IMG/VR virus record: IMGVR_UViG_3300007515_000008
Location: 1 to 63,835 of that record
Reading direction: 5' to 3' (one strand)
DNA from: a virus
Lineage: Duplodnaviria > Caudoviricetes
DNA: 63,835 nucleotides
In this document: positions 1-9,833 of the stretch, in pieces
Position numbering within the stretch: position 1 is the first letter of the stretch
How the letters are laid out: each line of letters starts with the position of its first letter
The notes under the pieces: generated by a model
Seen by the model: only the letters and a program-made list of their open reading frames with translations
Databases searched by the model: none
Told to the model about the DNA's origin: nothing
Position numbers and translations under genes: made by a program

Positions 1-271
1 CACAGGATTCAGACCAGCTTATCTATTATTAAAGGCATCTACAAGAACAGGTGCTTGGACTATTTTAGATAATAAAAGAGATGTGGATAATTCAGTCGGT
101 GAATACTTAATAGCATCATCATCCCAAGCAGAAAGTACACATCTACATCTTGATTTTACCTCTAATGGTTTTAAGTTTAGAAATAATGGTGGTGATTATA
201 ATGATGATGGCGATACTTTTGTGTACATCGCATTCGCAGAAACACCTTTTAAATATTCAAACGCACGATAA
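1..271 (+). CDS. C-terminal fragment of large LamG/SPRY-type tail fibre or receptor-binding protein (5'-partial)
   Basis: Frame 2 is open from position 2 (TGFRPAYLLLK...LDFTSNGFKFR...YIAFAETPFKYSNAR*); same repeat family as the ORF running off the 3' end. Confidence 0.75.
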   Translation, partial: TGFRPAYLLLKASTRTGAWTILDNKRDVDNSVGEYLIASSSQAESTHLHLDFTSNGFKFRNNGGDYNDDGDTFVYIAFAETPFKYSNAR

Positions 272-283
272 CAGGAGCAAAAT

Positions 284-895
284 ATGTGGTATTTTAATTC
301 ACAAACAATAAAGACCCCAAAGACAATGGTGATAAGTGATATCACATATTCTCAATCAATTTTTAGAGATAGCAATATGCTTACATCTTTGGGAATCAAG
401 CCTTTAAGAGTAGTAACACCAGATTCCAGATACTATACTTTAGGTGCTTACACAGTAGATGAGTCTGGTGCTGAGGTTGTAGGAACATACGCAGGGGTGG
501 CTAAAGATGTAGCGACACTTAAAGCTGGTATGTTAGATACAATCAATTCTCAAGTAGCCTCTAAGCAAGGAGCTATAGATTGGTATTGGGCGAGAGCAGA
601 TAAAGGTGGTACAGCAGTACCTTCTAATATTGCTACTTATGCTACTACGATCTATACTGAACAAGCAACCAAAGAAGCTGAAGTTGCAGCATTAGATACT
701 TTAGATAAGATTAAAGAATATGAGAATAGACCTCATACTGAAGTAAGAAAGGTTAAACATACTGCTGAGAATGGTGATGTTACTTATGGACCAGATACAG
801 AATCATCTACTAGACATATTAATATGTTACAACATTGGACAGCAAATCCCACAGATGAGGTTGATCCAGCTTTCGTAAGCCTAACTGCAGATTAA
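284..895 (+). CDS. Tail-fibre-associated hypothetical protein
   Basis: 203-aa ORF with AGGAG RBS, directly after the fibre gene. Confidence 0.55.
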   Translation: MWYFNSQTIKTPKTMVISDITYSQSIFRDSNMLTSLGIKPLRVVTPDSRYYTLGAYTVDESGAEVVGTYAGVAKDVATLKAGMLDTINSQVASKQGAIDWYWARADKGGTAVPSNIATYATTIYTEQATKEAEVAALDTLDKIKEYENRPHTEVRKVKHTAENGDVTYGPDTESSTRHINMLQHWTANPTDEVDPAFVSLTAD

Positions 896-906
896 AGGAG
901 CAAACA

Positions 907-2382
907 ATGGCAATAACCAAAATAACAGGTGCTAGTATTGCAGCTGACGCAATTGACGGTACAAAGATCGCTGATGACGCTATTAATAGTGAGCATTTAG
1001 CTGATGGTAGTATCGATAATGTTCATATAGCTGATGATCAGATTAACTCTGAACATTATGCAGCAGGTTCAGTTGACGATGCTCACCTAGCTACAGGAAT
1101 TACTGCTTCTAAATTGACAGGGGCATTACCCGCTATTGATGGTTCAGCCTTAACAGGTGTAGCAACAGATTTAACATCAATCAGAAATGATATAGCAACT
1201 CTAGCACTGCATTCTGCAGTAGCAGATAACAAAGCTGCTTACAATCTTCCTAATTCTTTTATAGACCAATTTGAAGATGATTCAGGACTTGGCACACAAA
1301 CAGATGTAGATAGAAATACTACAAGTGAATATGTATCTTCAATAATTCCTGCTTATGGAGTAAATAGTAATACAAAAATACTACTTCATATGGATGACAC
1401 TTCTTTAACTGACAGTTCTGGAACATCTACATCAACCTCTGTTACTGGTGTTACGAGAAGTTCTGCTCAATCTAAATTTGGTGGTTATTCAGCTTTATTT
1501 GATGCTAATACTGAATATATTAATTTTTCTAATGTACCTGCTTGGACATCTTCCTCAACTTTATTTGGAATAGATTTTTGGTGGAGACCAACAAATATAA
1601 GTGGTTCTGGAAGGCAATCATTTTTTAATGGACAGACTGATGGTCAATGGTTGGGATTTGGTTATGATGAGAGTGTTGGAAAATTAGATATGGAAGTACC
1701 ATCAGCATCAGGTGGTTGGCAGGGAAGTATGGACCATGGATCAAAAAGTAATTATGCTATTAACACTTGGTATCATATAGCATTAGCAAAAACTTCAGCT
1801 ACAAATATTTCATACTATGTTGATGGTGTTTTAGATAAATCACAAACAATAGCAAATGCTAATATTAGTTGTACTGGTCAACCAAGACTAGGTGAATGGG
1901 GTGGAACACCAGGCACACAAAGTTGGTGGATTGATGGATATATAGATGAATATCGTGTGCAAATTGGAGAAAATCCTTTTGCTGTGTCAACTGACCCATT
2001 ATATATTTCTGGTTCTACATTTACACCTCCAACTGCAGCTTATTCAGCAGAATCAGTTAATGCAACTGGAACATTAATCTCAACAGCACAGACTGCTAAT
2101 GCAGCACAGACGAAAGTAAGTGGAGTTATCCTTTATAAGAATAACGCAGGTACAGCCACACTAGGAACAGATTTAAAAGTTTATTTTACTTGTAATGGTG
2201 GAACTAATTGGACTGAGAGTACGCCGACTGCTGCTGGAACTTTCTCTAGTGGAATCTTAATGGCTAAGTGTCCTGAAGTAACTTGCACAAGCGGAAATGA
2301 TGTTAGATATAAAGTTGTGTGGGCGAATCAAGCAGCAGGCTCTAAAGAAACACAGCTTCATGGCATAGCAATGAATTATTAA
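907..2382 (+). CDS. Tail fibre or virion protein with ConA/LamG-like lectin domain
   Basis: N-terminal 10-aa IADDAI-type repeats; LLHMD...SKFGGYSALFD...WYHIAL...YVDG...GYIDEYR pattern typical of LamG-like domains. Confidence 0.75.
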   Translation: MAITKITGASIAADAIDGTKIADDAINSEHLADGSIDNVHIADDQINSEHYAAGSVDDAHLATGITASKLTGALPAIDGSALTGVATDLTSIRNDIATLALHSAVADNKAAYNLPNSFIDQFEDDSGLGTQTDVDRNTTSEYVSSIIPAYGVNSNTKILLHMDDTSLTDSSGTSTSTSVTGVTRSSAQSKFGGYSALFDANTEYINFSNVPAWTSSSTLFGIDFWWRPTNISGSGRQSFFNGQTDGQWLGFGYDESVGKLDMEVPSASGGWQGSMDHGSKSNYAINTWYHIALAKTSATNISYYVDGVLDKSQTIANANISCTGQPRLGEWGGTPGTQSWWIDGYIDEYRVQIGENPFAVSTDPLYISGSTFTPPTAAYSAESVNATGTLISTAQTANAAQTKVSGVILYKNNAGTATLGTDLKVYFTCNGGTNWTESTPTAAGTFSSGILMAKCPEVTCTSGNDVRYKVVWANQAAGSKETQLHGIAMNY

Positions 2383-2391
2383 GGAGCAACT

Positions 2392-2961
2392 ATGAACGAT
2401 AAGATATTTGGCACTATAGTAGGAATAGTAATCGTTGCATGTATCCTTTTCTTACCTATTGGAGTACACGCAGATCCAATAGTAACTCAAGCCACAAGCG
2501 ATTCAACAGTAACTAATACTACAACTACGACAACTCGTATTAAAACAAATCCACCCAGTGCAATCTCGCCTAGTATCAATAGTAGTAACAGTGACTTGTG
2601 TACAGTTGGAGTATCAGGAGCAGTACAAACACAGATACTTGGTATTTCTACAGGACAAGCATATAGAGATGCTAATTGTGAGAGGCTTAAGATATCTAAA
2701 GTTCTCTATGATATGGGTATGAAGGTCGCAGCAGTTTCAGTTATGTGTGCTGATTTCAGGGTATATGATGCCATGATGAAAGCCGGCACGCCCTGTCCTT
2801 ATGACGGTAAGATAGGCGAGGAGGCTAAAGAATTATGGAAAGACAATCCAAGACAAGTACCGAAGCAAGAAAATGTTAAGTCGATGGACAGGGGTGAGTT
2901 CCTTGAAAAGCTCACTAATGGTATTATTAGCGTTGTTCTTATTGGTATGCTCGTCCTCTAA
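2392..2961 (+). CDS. Secreted/membrane Cys-containing protein (gene 1 of a 3-gene envelope module)
   Basis: Signal peptide ending VHA-D, PPSAISPS...DLC...NCERLK motif, C-terminal hydrophobic anchor. Confidence 0.65.
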   Translation: MNDKIFGTIVGIVIVACILFLPIGVHADPIVTQATSDSTVTNTTTTTTRIKTNPPSAISPSINSSNSDLCTVGVSGAVQTQILGISTGQAYRDANCERLKISKVLYDMGMKVAAVSVMCADFRVYDAMMKAGTPCPYDGKIGEEAKELWKDNPRQVPKQENVKSMDRGEFLEKLTNGIISVVLIGMLVL

Positions 2962-4765
2962 AGCGGATCCACCGATAATAGAACACACTATCGCAGACGA
3001 TGGCTGGGTAGAAGTTCCGTTAGATTTTACATTTCCTTTCTGGGGTAACAGTTATACGACCAGCTTTATGTTCAGCAACGGTGTTGTGGGGTTTATCAGC
3101 CCGAATGATATTCCCGGTACAGGAATCGTCAATGACGGTTTGTGCTGTAGTGGAATTGATTTTGAGAATGCTACTTATTCTAGCATGTCTAGTCAAGGTT
3201 ATGGTGGAGTTCGTTTTGACTTTACGATAATGCCTTGGCACACAGATTTAATTGACACTGGTCCCGGTCATTTTTATACACAAGGGGACTCTACATATCA
3301 GAAGTATATGTGGGAGGCGGTTGATGAGTATTACCAAACGACTCGTGAAAATACTTTTGACTTAACAATATACCCTCTTGGTAACATTCATATGACTTAT
3401 CAGGAAGTTGACATAGCTAATCATAGCGTGACTGTTGCTGTGGTCGGTGATTTGTCTGAAGGGGAATATGTACAGTGGTTTTATAACCATCCAACTAGTG
3501 GTGCTATCTATTGGGATACTTCAGAGTCAGCACCAGTAGAGATAGGAGAGGGAGCTAGCATTTGTGATGTAGTTCCTCTTAGTTCTTTAGTCTGTGATTA
3601 TTATCCAGCAGCTTATGCGGAGGCTTATTATGCCGAACAATGCTCTATTAGTAGCTTGTATGATACTGGTTGCACTGGTTATTGGGAAGCTTATACTAAC
3701 CAACAGTGCTCTTTAGATAGTCTATGGTCTACAACTTGTCCTAATTATGAGACAGCTTATCTAGACGATCAATGCGAAACTGATCCTTTATATTCAGTGT
3801 ATTGTCCTGGTTATTCAGCGGCAATTGCTGAAGAAGAAATTGAACAAGAACTTGAAGAAGAATTCGAGGAAGAGTGGGAAGAATATACTTATGAAATAGA
3901 GACAATGTTGTCTTGGGATAACTTTGAATTTATTGAATTCACTGATACGCCTATACTCGAAGATTATAATATTCCTGATGATTATAGTTCAGAACCTGAA
4001 ATGGAATATGAAATGACTTTTGAAGAAGTCTTTCAAGAATTAGAAATAGAACTGATGGAAACATTTGAGGATTTTGAAATGCCCTCAATGGAAGAGTTTG
4101 AGGAATTCGAAGAACCCACCATGGAACCTATGGAAGACATGATGGAAGAATTTGAGGAATTTGAAGAACCTCCTATGGAAGAGTTTGAAGATATACCAAT
4201 GGAAGAAACTATGGAAGAACCTGAAATGGAGGAACCAATAGATGAGCCAGAGTCAGAAGAAGAAACCATATCGGAAGAACAAGAACAAGAGGAGTCAGAA
4301 CAAGAGGAAATAATTGAAGAAGAACCGGAAGAGGAAGAGACTGAAGAAGTTGAGGAAGAAATTGAAGAGGAAGTCGAAGAAGTCATAGAGGAAGAACCTG
4401 AAGATGACGATAGGATTATGTTAGCTGATGCAGAACCTAAAAAACCTACTAAAAAAGAAATACAAGCAGCTAAAGAAAAGAAAATGAAAGAGATTATTGT
4501 TAATAAACTTAAATCATTAGCTAAAGAAGTTGGTGAAGCCTCTACATTACAAGCTCAAAAGGATTTACAAAACTATATTATTGCCCTTCTAGGATATAAT
4601 ACAGGTTTTAATGCTTATGGGTCAGAACTTGTTGATGGTAATTTCTATAAATATGAGGAGATATACCAGAATGTTCGTCTTCCTGAGAACCAAAGGGGCT
4701 TACTAAATGGTTTAGCGAGTCAAATATTACACGAGAAAATGGTGGACATGCAATGGCAGAAGTAG
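2918..4765 (+). CDS. Secreted acidic protein: NIDO-like N-terminus, Cys repeats, Glu-rich linker
   Basis: Signal peptide MVLLALFLLVCSSSKA; DDGWVEVPLDFTFPFWG...SNGVVGF; three Cys-paired repeats (QCSISSLYDTGCTGY, QCSLDSLWSTTCPNY, QCETDPLYSVYCPGY); long E-rich tract. Start uncertain (2873, 2894 or 2918). Confidence 0.65.
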   Translation: MVLLALFLLVCSSSKADPPIIEHTIADDGWVEVPLDFTFPFWGNSYTTSFMFSNGVVGFISPNDIPGTGIVNDGLCCSGIDFENATYSSMSSQGYGGVRFDFTIMPWHTDLIDTGPGHFYTQGDSTYQKYMWEAVDEYYQTTRENTFDLTIYPLGNIHMTYQEVDIANHSVTVAVVGDLSEGEYVQWFYNHPTSGAIYWDTSESAPVEIGEGASICDVVPLSSLVCDYYPAAYAEAYYAEQCSISSLYDTGCTGYWEAYTNQQCSLDSLWSTTCPNYETAYLDDQCETDPLYSVYCPGYSAAIAEEEIEQELEEEFEEEWEEYTYEIETMLSWDNFEFIEFTDTPILEDYNIPDDYSSEPEMEYEMTFEEVFQELEIELMETFEDFEMPSMEEFEEFEEPTMEPMEDMMEEFEEFEEPPMEEFEDIPMEETMEEPEMEEPIDEPESEEETISEEQEQEESEQEEIIEEEPEEEETEEVEEEIEEEVEEVIEEEPEDDDRIMLADAEPKKPTKKEIQAAKEKKMKEIIVNKLKSLAKEVGEASTLQAQKDLQNYIIALLGYNTGFNAYGSELVDGNFYKYEEIYQNVRLPENQRGLLNGLASQILHEKMVDMQWQK

Positions 4766-5319
4766 AATATGGTGGAATAAAAATAGGCGGAAGTAAGGCT
4801 CTTCTCTTAGTACCGTTACTAGGAACAATTATTGGTGGACTCTGGGGTGGTTTTGAGATATGGAATCGGTATTTAGTTATGGAAGAAAAGATAAATGCCT
4901 TTGTATCTCCAGATATGTCAGGATTTGACAAGAGTCTAGCAGTATTAAATGAACAAATGGATCTCATAACCAAAGAAGTAGAACTTTATACACAAGAAAC
5001 AGATGTTATTAGAGAGGCTGCTGCTGAAACAGCTGGTTATGCAAGAGATGTTAAAAATGGATTACGAAATGATATTACAAGAATTGAAAAAATTGTCGAT
5101 CAAGTTGAAGACGACATTAAAGAAGTTGAAGGCGATGTTCGAGAATTAATAGACATAGCTGAAGGACGTTTTGAAAATAAACGAGATGCGTTACAAAATG
5201 ATTATGATCAAAAAGCAGATACTATTAGAGTAGATGTAGATAGAAAATTATCCGAGTTAGAAACTCGACTTAACAAGAAATTACAGAGGGCTTTAGATAA
5301 TCCTCTGGCAAACAACTAG
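4753..5319 (+). CDS. Membrane-anchored coiled-coil protein
   Basis: One N-terminal TM helix, heptad-rich body, C-terminal LDNPLAN. Confidence 0.65.
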   Translation: MAEVEYGGIKIGGSKALLLVPLLGTIIGGLWGGFEIWNRYLVMEEKINAFVSPDMSGFDKSLAVLNEQMDLITKEVELYTQETDVIREAAAETAGYARDVKNGLRNDITRIEKIVDQVEDDIKEVEGDVRELIDIAEGRFENKRDALQNDYDQKADTIRVDVDRKLSELETRLNKKLQRALDNPLANN

Positions 5320-5327
5320 GAGATATT

Positions 5328-5432
5328 ATGAGTAAAGCAATAATATTATTAATTATCTTAGGTGTAGTTGCTTTTATAGCAGCTATGGTAATAGGAGTAG
5401 ATGCCTTAATGTGCACGCCTCCTTGTGTATGA
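5328..5432 (+). CDS. 34-aa membrane micro-protein (not in ORF track)
   Basis: AGGAG RBS; MSKAIILLIILGVVAFIAAMVIGVDALMCTPPCV*; ATGA overlap with next gene. Confidence 0.6.
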   Translation: MSKAIILLIILGVVAFIAAMVIGVDALMCTPPCV

Positions 5433-5719
5433 CAGATGTAGAAAAGGCTACAATGCATTGGCGATGGAGCGCATTGATAATTTATTTATTAGTAGTTTTT
5501 TATGACTTTATATTCTGTCCCATTTGGTGGGGTCTTAACAGACCAGATATTAGTGAATTCATGGCAATAATGTCTACAGTCGAAGACCCATTAATTAGGC
5601 TCGAACTTATGAAGAAACTCACAGGTCAACATCAACCATTTACTCTTCTTGGTGGTGGACTTTTTCACTTAGCTTTCGGTGCTATACTTACAGGATCAGC
5701 AGTCGGACTTAACAAATAA
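5429..5719 (+). CDS. Holin-like membrane protein
   Basis: Two TM segments; WR...YDFIFCPIWW and PFTLLGGGLFHLAFGAIL resemble the GTA 3TM-holin-like family. Confidence 0.5.
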   Translation: MTDVEKATMHWRWSALIIYLLVVFYDFIFCPIWWGLNRPDISEFMAIMSTVEDPLIRLELMKKLTGQHQPFTLLGGGLFHLAFGAILTGSAVGLNK

Positions 5720-5727
5720 GGGATATT

Positions 5728-5937
5728 ATGGAAGATAGAGTAGCAAGGTTAGAAACAACAGTGGATAAACACGGTGTACAGATAGCTAAATTATTCAGTA
5801 AGATTGATGATACAAATAAATGTATAGCAAAGATTAACACCTCTCTCTTGCAGATTAAATGGAGCGTATATGGTGCTTTAGGTTATTATGTTATAACACA
5901 AATTGGAATCATAGATGCATTAAAGGTAGCATTATAA
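5728..5937 (+). CDS. Small coiled-coil plus C-terminal TM protein (XhlA/holin-accessory-like)
   Basis: EDRVARLE coiled coil followed by a hydrophobic helix. Confidence 0.5.
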   Translation: MEDRVARLETTVDKHGVQIAKLFSKIDDTNKCIAKINTSLLQIKWSVYGALGYYVITQIGIIDALKVAL

Positions 5938-6317
5938 TGGCATATAGTGAAAAAGTTTTAGATCACTATGAGAATCCTAGAAATGTAGGAGTATTAGATG
6001 CTGCTTCTAAAACAGTCGGTACGGGAATGGTTGGAGCACCTGCTTGTGGCGATGTAATGAGATTACAAATTAAAATTGATGATGATGGTATTATCGAGGA
6101 TGCACGATTTAAAACTTACGGTTGTGGTTCTGCTATTGCTTCATCTTCATTATTAACGGAGTGGGTCAAAGGAAAGACTCTTGACGAAGCTTCACAAATT
6201 AAAAACACAGAAATAGTTGAAGAGTTGGAATTACCGCCAGTTAAGATTCATTGTTCAGTTTTAGCTGAAGATGCGATTAAGGCTGCAATTGATAATTTAA
6301 GGAGTAAAAGATTATGA
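5937..6317 (+). CDS. iscU: Fe-S cluster scaffold IscU (auxiliary metabolic gene)
   Basis: MAYSEKVLDHYENPRNVG, GAPACGD, KTYGCGSAIASSS and LPPVKIHCS motifs intact; TAATG overlap puts the start at 5937. Confidence 0.97.
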   Translation: MAYSEKVLDHYENPRNVGVLDAASKTVGTGMVGAPACGDVMRLQIKIDDDGIIEDARFKTYGCGSAIASSSLLTEWVKGKTLDEASQIKNTEIVEELELPPVKIHCSVLAEDAIKAAIDNLRSKRL

Positions 6318-6751
6318 TGGCATTTTTTACAAATGTTGCGCCTATTATATTAGGCTTTGTTGGGAAGTTGTTTGCGTTAAAGCAACAAGCTGCTGCTGAA
6401 AATCAAAAACTAATGATGCAGAATTTTGCTGCAAAATCAGGTGCTATAAAAGATGCACGAGATAGAGCAGATAAAGAAAGCCCTATGGCTGCAATGAATA
6501 GAAGAATAATTATTTTAGTAATATTAGCATTAATTATATTTACACAAGTAGCACCAGTTATTTGGGATGTTCCTATGGTAATACCTACCTTAGTAGAAGG
6601 AACTAGTTTCTTTGGTATTACATTTGTTCCTGATGTTATAGAATATGTTACAATACAAGCAGGCTCAGTATTGAAGATGGAGGAAGTCTTCGGGTGGGCT
6701 ACAATGATCATTGAGTTTTATTTCGGAGCCCAATTAGCGAAGGGGAAATAG
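6314..6751 (+). CDS. Multi-TM membrane protein, holin-like
   Basis: Hydrophobic N-terminus, RRIIILVILALIIF helix, C-terminal IIEFYFG. Confidence 0.5.
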   Translation: MMAFFTNVAPIILGFVGKLFALKQQAAAENQKLMMQNFAAKSGAIKDARDRADKESPMAAMNRRIIILVILALIIFTQVAPVIWDVPMVIPTLVEGTSFFGITFVPDVIEYVTIQAGSVLKMEEVFGWATMIIEFYFGAQLAKGK

Positions 6752-6752
6752 T

Positions 6753-8312
6753 ATGCCTTATCAAACAAGTCCAGAGATTGATTTCTCATCCATTGGTTTA
6801 ATGGTCGATGTACCAGCTAATGCGATACCGCAAGGTGGTTGGAGTGATTCTTTAAATGTAAGATGTAAAAATGGATCAGTACAAGGAGTTAATTCTTTTA
6901 CTGATGATATAGCTTTATGGCATACAGCTGGTAGTATTGCTAGTGGAGAAGCTAAAGCAGTATGTCAATTTACTCCTGCTGGTGGATCAGATTTAATCAT
7001 AGCATATATTGTTAAAAGAACAGATGGAAATGGTTCTGTTATATTATATAATACAGGTGGTTCTGGAAACTCTCGTTGGGAAGATGTTACAAATGCAACT
7101 GCAGATCAAGTCTTTACTTTCGATGATAATTATCCTCCACAAATATTTGTATTTAACGAATTGCTTATTGTTAATCCAGGAAAGGATGCTCCGCCTCAAT
7201 TTACTAATGCTAAAGTAACAGCGGGAAGTTTAGTAGAATTACCTAATTGGCTTAATGATAGTACAGGTAATCCTATAATATGTAGAGTTCTTAGACCATA
7301 TAATGATAGATTAATTGCTATGAATATATTCGAAGAACATACTGCTTCAGCAGCAGATGATGTATACCAACCTATTGATTTTTTATGGTCTAGTCATATT
7401 TCCACAATAGCTTCTTTAACAGCTGCAACATGGACTGCTGCTTCTGATAATACTGCAGGAGATGCGTTCTTATCAGATACTCCTGGTAAAATATTAGACG
7501 GTGGGCAATTAGGTGAATTCTTTATTGCTTATAAATCTGATAGTGTAGTAAGAATTAGAGAGACTGGTGATGTTTATGTAATGGGAATAGAGAGTATATT
7601 TGAAGATGATGGTATATATTCTACTAGATGTTTTGCTAATATAGGAAACTCACAACATTTAGTTGTTGGTAATTATGGAGTTTATATACATGATGGTCAA
7701 TCACAGAAACAAGATATAGCTAAAGATCTATTTAAAGATACAATGTATGCTTTAGTTAAAACAACTGAACGTGATAGAGCTTTTGTTTTCTCACAAACAC
7801 GAGATAAAGAAGTATGGTTTTGTTTGAGTTCTACTACTAATAGTGGTGGTGGTTGTGATGTAGCTTTTGTATATGATTATGATTCTGGAAAACTACATAA
7901 AAGAAGTTTACCAGGACTTTCAGATATATTTGAAACAGAACTTAATGGTGAATTAAAAATATACGCAGCCAAACCTGATGATACAAATATTCAAGTATTA
8001 TCTGATTCTGTTTTAGAATCGAATGGATATTTTGAAAGACAAGATGATAATCTTACTGACAATAATTCTATGAAAATGATTAATAGAGTTCTTGTTAATG
8101 CTAAAGGTTCTTGCAATGTAGCTTTATCTGGAACGAAATTTTTAAGTGATAGTAAAACTTATACTAACAAATTATTTAATCCTGCTACAGATTATAAAGT
8201 AGACACAAGAGCGACTGGTAGATATATGAATTTGAAAGTTACTATGAATGGAGCTATAAATCCAGAATTATCAAAACTTCAATTTGATGTCAAAGTAACA
8301 GGCGTTAGATAA
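6753..8312 (+). CDS. Tail nozzle/stabilisation protein (P22 gp10 or SU10 nozzle-like)
   Basis: 519 aa, beta-rich; FLWSS...W and EVWFCL...AFVYDY patterns; lies before the ejection cluster. Confidence 0.65.
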   Translation: MPYQTSPEIDFSSIGLMVDVPANAIPQGGWSDSLNVRCKNGSVQGVNSFTDDIALWHTAGSIASGEAKAVCQFTPAGGSDLIIAYIVKRTDGNGSVILYNTGGSGNSRWEDVTNATADQVFTFDDNYPPQIFVFNELLIVNPGKDAPPQFTNAKVTAGSLVELPNWLNDSTGNPIICRVLRPYNDRLIAMNIFEEHTASAADDVYQPIDFLWSSHISTIASLTAATWTAASDNTAGDAFLSDTPGKILDGGQLGEFFIAYKSDSVVRIRETGDVYVMGIESIFEDDGIYSTRCFANIGNSQHLVVGNYGVYIHDGQSQKQDIAKDLFKDTMYALVKTTERDRAFVFSQTRDKEVWFCLSSTTNSGGGCDVAFVYDYDSGKLHKRSLPGLSDIFETELNGELKIYAAKPDDTNIQVLSDSVLESNGYFERQDDNLTDNNSMKMINRVLVNAKGSCNVALSGTKFLSDSKTYTNKLFNPATDYKVDTRATGRYMNLKVTMNGAINPELSKLQFDVKVTGVR

Positions 8313-8321
8313 AGGAGACTT

Positions 8322-9809
8322 ATGGCTAAGATTTCAGAAACAGAACTTCAAAAAAGATTAAAGAAAATTGAAGCCGATAAAAGTAATAATCAATTAGTAC
8401 ATAAAGTTAATGATCAGTATGAATATATCATGGATTATATCTATGTAGCTTATGCATCTGCGCTTGCTAATTTATCTGCTGGTAAAATAACAAATCAAAG
8501 TGATGCTACTACATTTCAATATAGTCCTTATGACGCAGATGGAGATCTTCTAACATATAGAGGATACTATGTATCTAAATCTGTTTATGCCTCAGGAGAT
8601 CCAACAGATTATACTTGGGAATTAACTTCTGGTGCTATAAACTTTACATCTTCTGAAAGACAATATACTACAACAGGTGGATTAGAATCTGCTTTAGGTA
8701 CACCTACTAAACCTGGAGCTGGAGTAACTTGGACGGCAGTTACTGCTGGTACTGCTATACCTAATACTGCTGTTTGGATAGCAACAAGACATACAATAAA
8801 TAATATAACATCTAACTGGGTTCTTTCACCTAATGGTGCTTATGTTAATAATACATTAATACAAGATAATGCAGTAACAGGAGTTAAACTTGCTGCTGAT
8901 GCTGTTACTGCTGATAAAATTACAGCTAATGCTGTTACTGCTGATAAAATTGCAGCTAATGCTATTACTGCTGATAAAATTGCAGTTGGAAGTATTACTT
9001 CTGACAGATTGAATATTGATGAAAGAGTAACTATCTCTGCAAGTGGAGCATTTGCCTGGGCAAAAACAGGTCCAAGTGATACTACTGCAGGAGTATATAT
9101 GGGTAGAGAATCAGGCACACCACAAGTTGAAATAGGAAATTCATCCTATTATCTAAGATGGAATGGCACTTATCTTTATGGTGTAGGAATGATAACAACT
9201 GCTCCCGCTGAAGTAGGGCAATCCCAAAATATAACTAACCCGGGTGACACAAGATACGACATACCGCTAGGAGCTCAGACATTAGATATAGAGGTTTCTG
9301 GTGGTGGTGGGGGAGGCTCTGGCTTTGATGCAGTTGGTCTCACTGGGTCAGATGGAAGTTCTGGAGGTAGTTCAACAGTTAAAGTGTATACTGCTGGTGG
9401 AAGTCTAAGAACAACTCTCTTAACTGCAAGCGGTGGAACAGGATCTGGACAAAGTGGGCGGACTGGGCAAAGCTTTGATCCTAGTAGTGCACATAGTTTG
9501 TTTACTGGAACTGGAGGAACTGGTGGTAGTGGAACATTCAATAACTCTAGCGCTGCAGGTGGTGATGCTTCTGGAGTATCGGCAGGTGGTGGTGGCTCTA
9601 TAGACTCTGGTGGTTCATCTTCAGGATCGACAACAGGTGGTAACGCCGGTAGTTATGCTACAAACGCATCATACTCGGTAGTAGCAGATGGGGATTACTT
9701 AATATTTAGTATTGGTACTGGTGGAAGTGGAGCAGATGGTTATCAATATGCAGATGGTGGTGACGGTACTAAAGGTGCTGGTAGGGTTGAAATTACAGCA
9801 GTTAGTTAG
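8322..9809 (+). CDS. Tail needle/fibre protein with Gly-rich C-terminus
   Basis: AVTADKI repeats; GGGGGGSG glycine-rich domain. Confidence 0.6.
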   Translation: MAKISETELQKRLKKIEADKSNNQLVHKVNDQYEYIMDYIYVAYASALANLSAGKITNQSDATTFQYSPYDADGDLLTYRGYYVSKSVYASGDPTDYTWELTSGAINFTSSERQYTTTGGLESALGTPTKPGAGVTWTAVTAGTAIPNTAVWIATRHTINNITSNWVLSPNGAYVNNTLIQDNAVTGVKLAADAVTADKITANAVTADKIAANAITADKIAVGSITSDRLNIDERVTISASGAFAWAKTGPSDTTAGVYMGRESGTPQVEIGNSSYYLRWNGTYLYGVGMITTAPAEVGQSQNITNPGDTRYDIPLGAQTLDIEVSGGGGGGSGFDAVGLTGSDGSSGGSSTVKVYTAGGSLRTTLLTASGGTGSGQSGRTGQSFDPSSAHSLFTGTGGTGGSGTFNNSSAAGGDASGVSAGGGGSIDSGGSSSGSTTGGNAGSYATNASYSVVADGDYLIFSIGTGGSGADGYQYADGGDGTKGAGRVEITAVS

Positions 9810-9833
9810 GGATAATAATTAAGAGGTAATGAT

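Noticed and set aside
4033-4386. Ser-rich - strand ORF (similarly 50339..50764)
   Set aside because: Antisense shadow of Glu/Asp-rich GAA/GAG codons in real + strand genes
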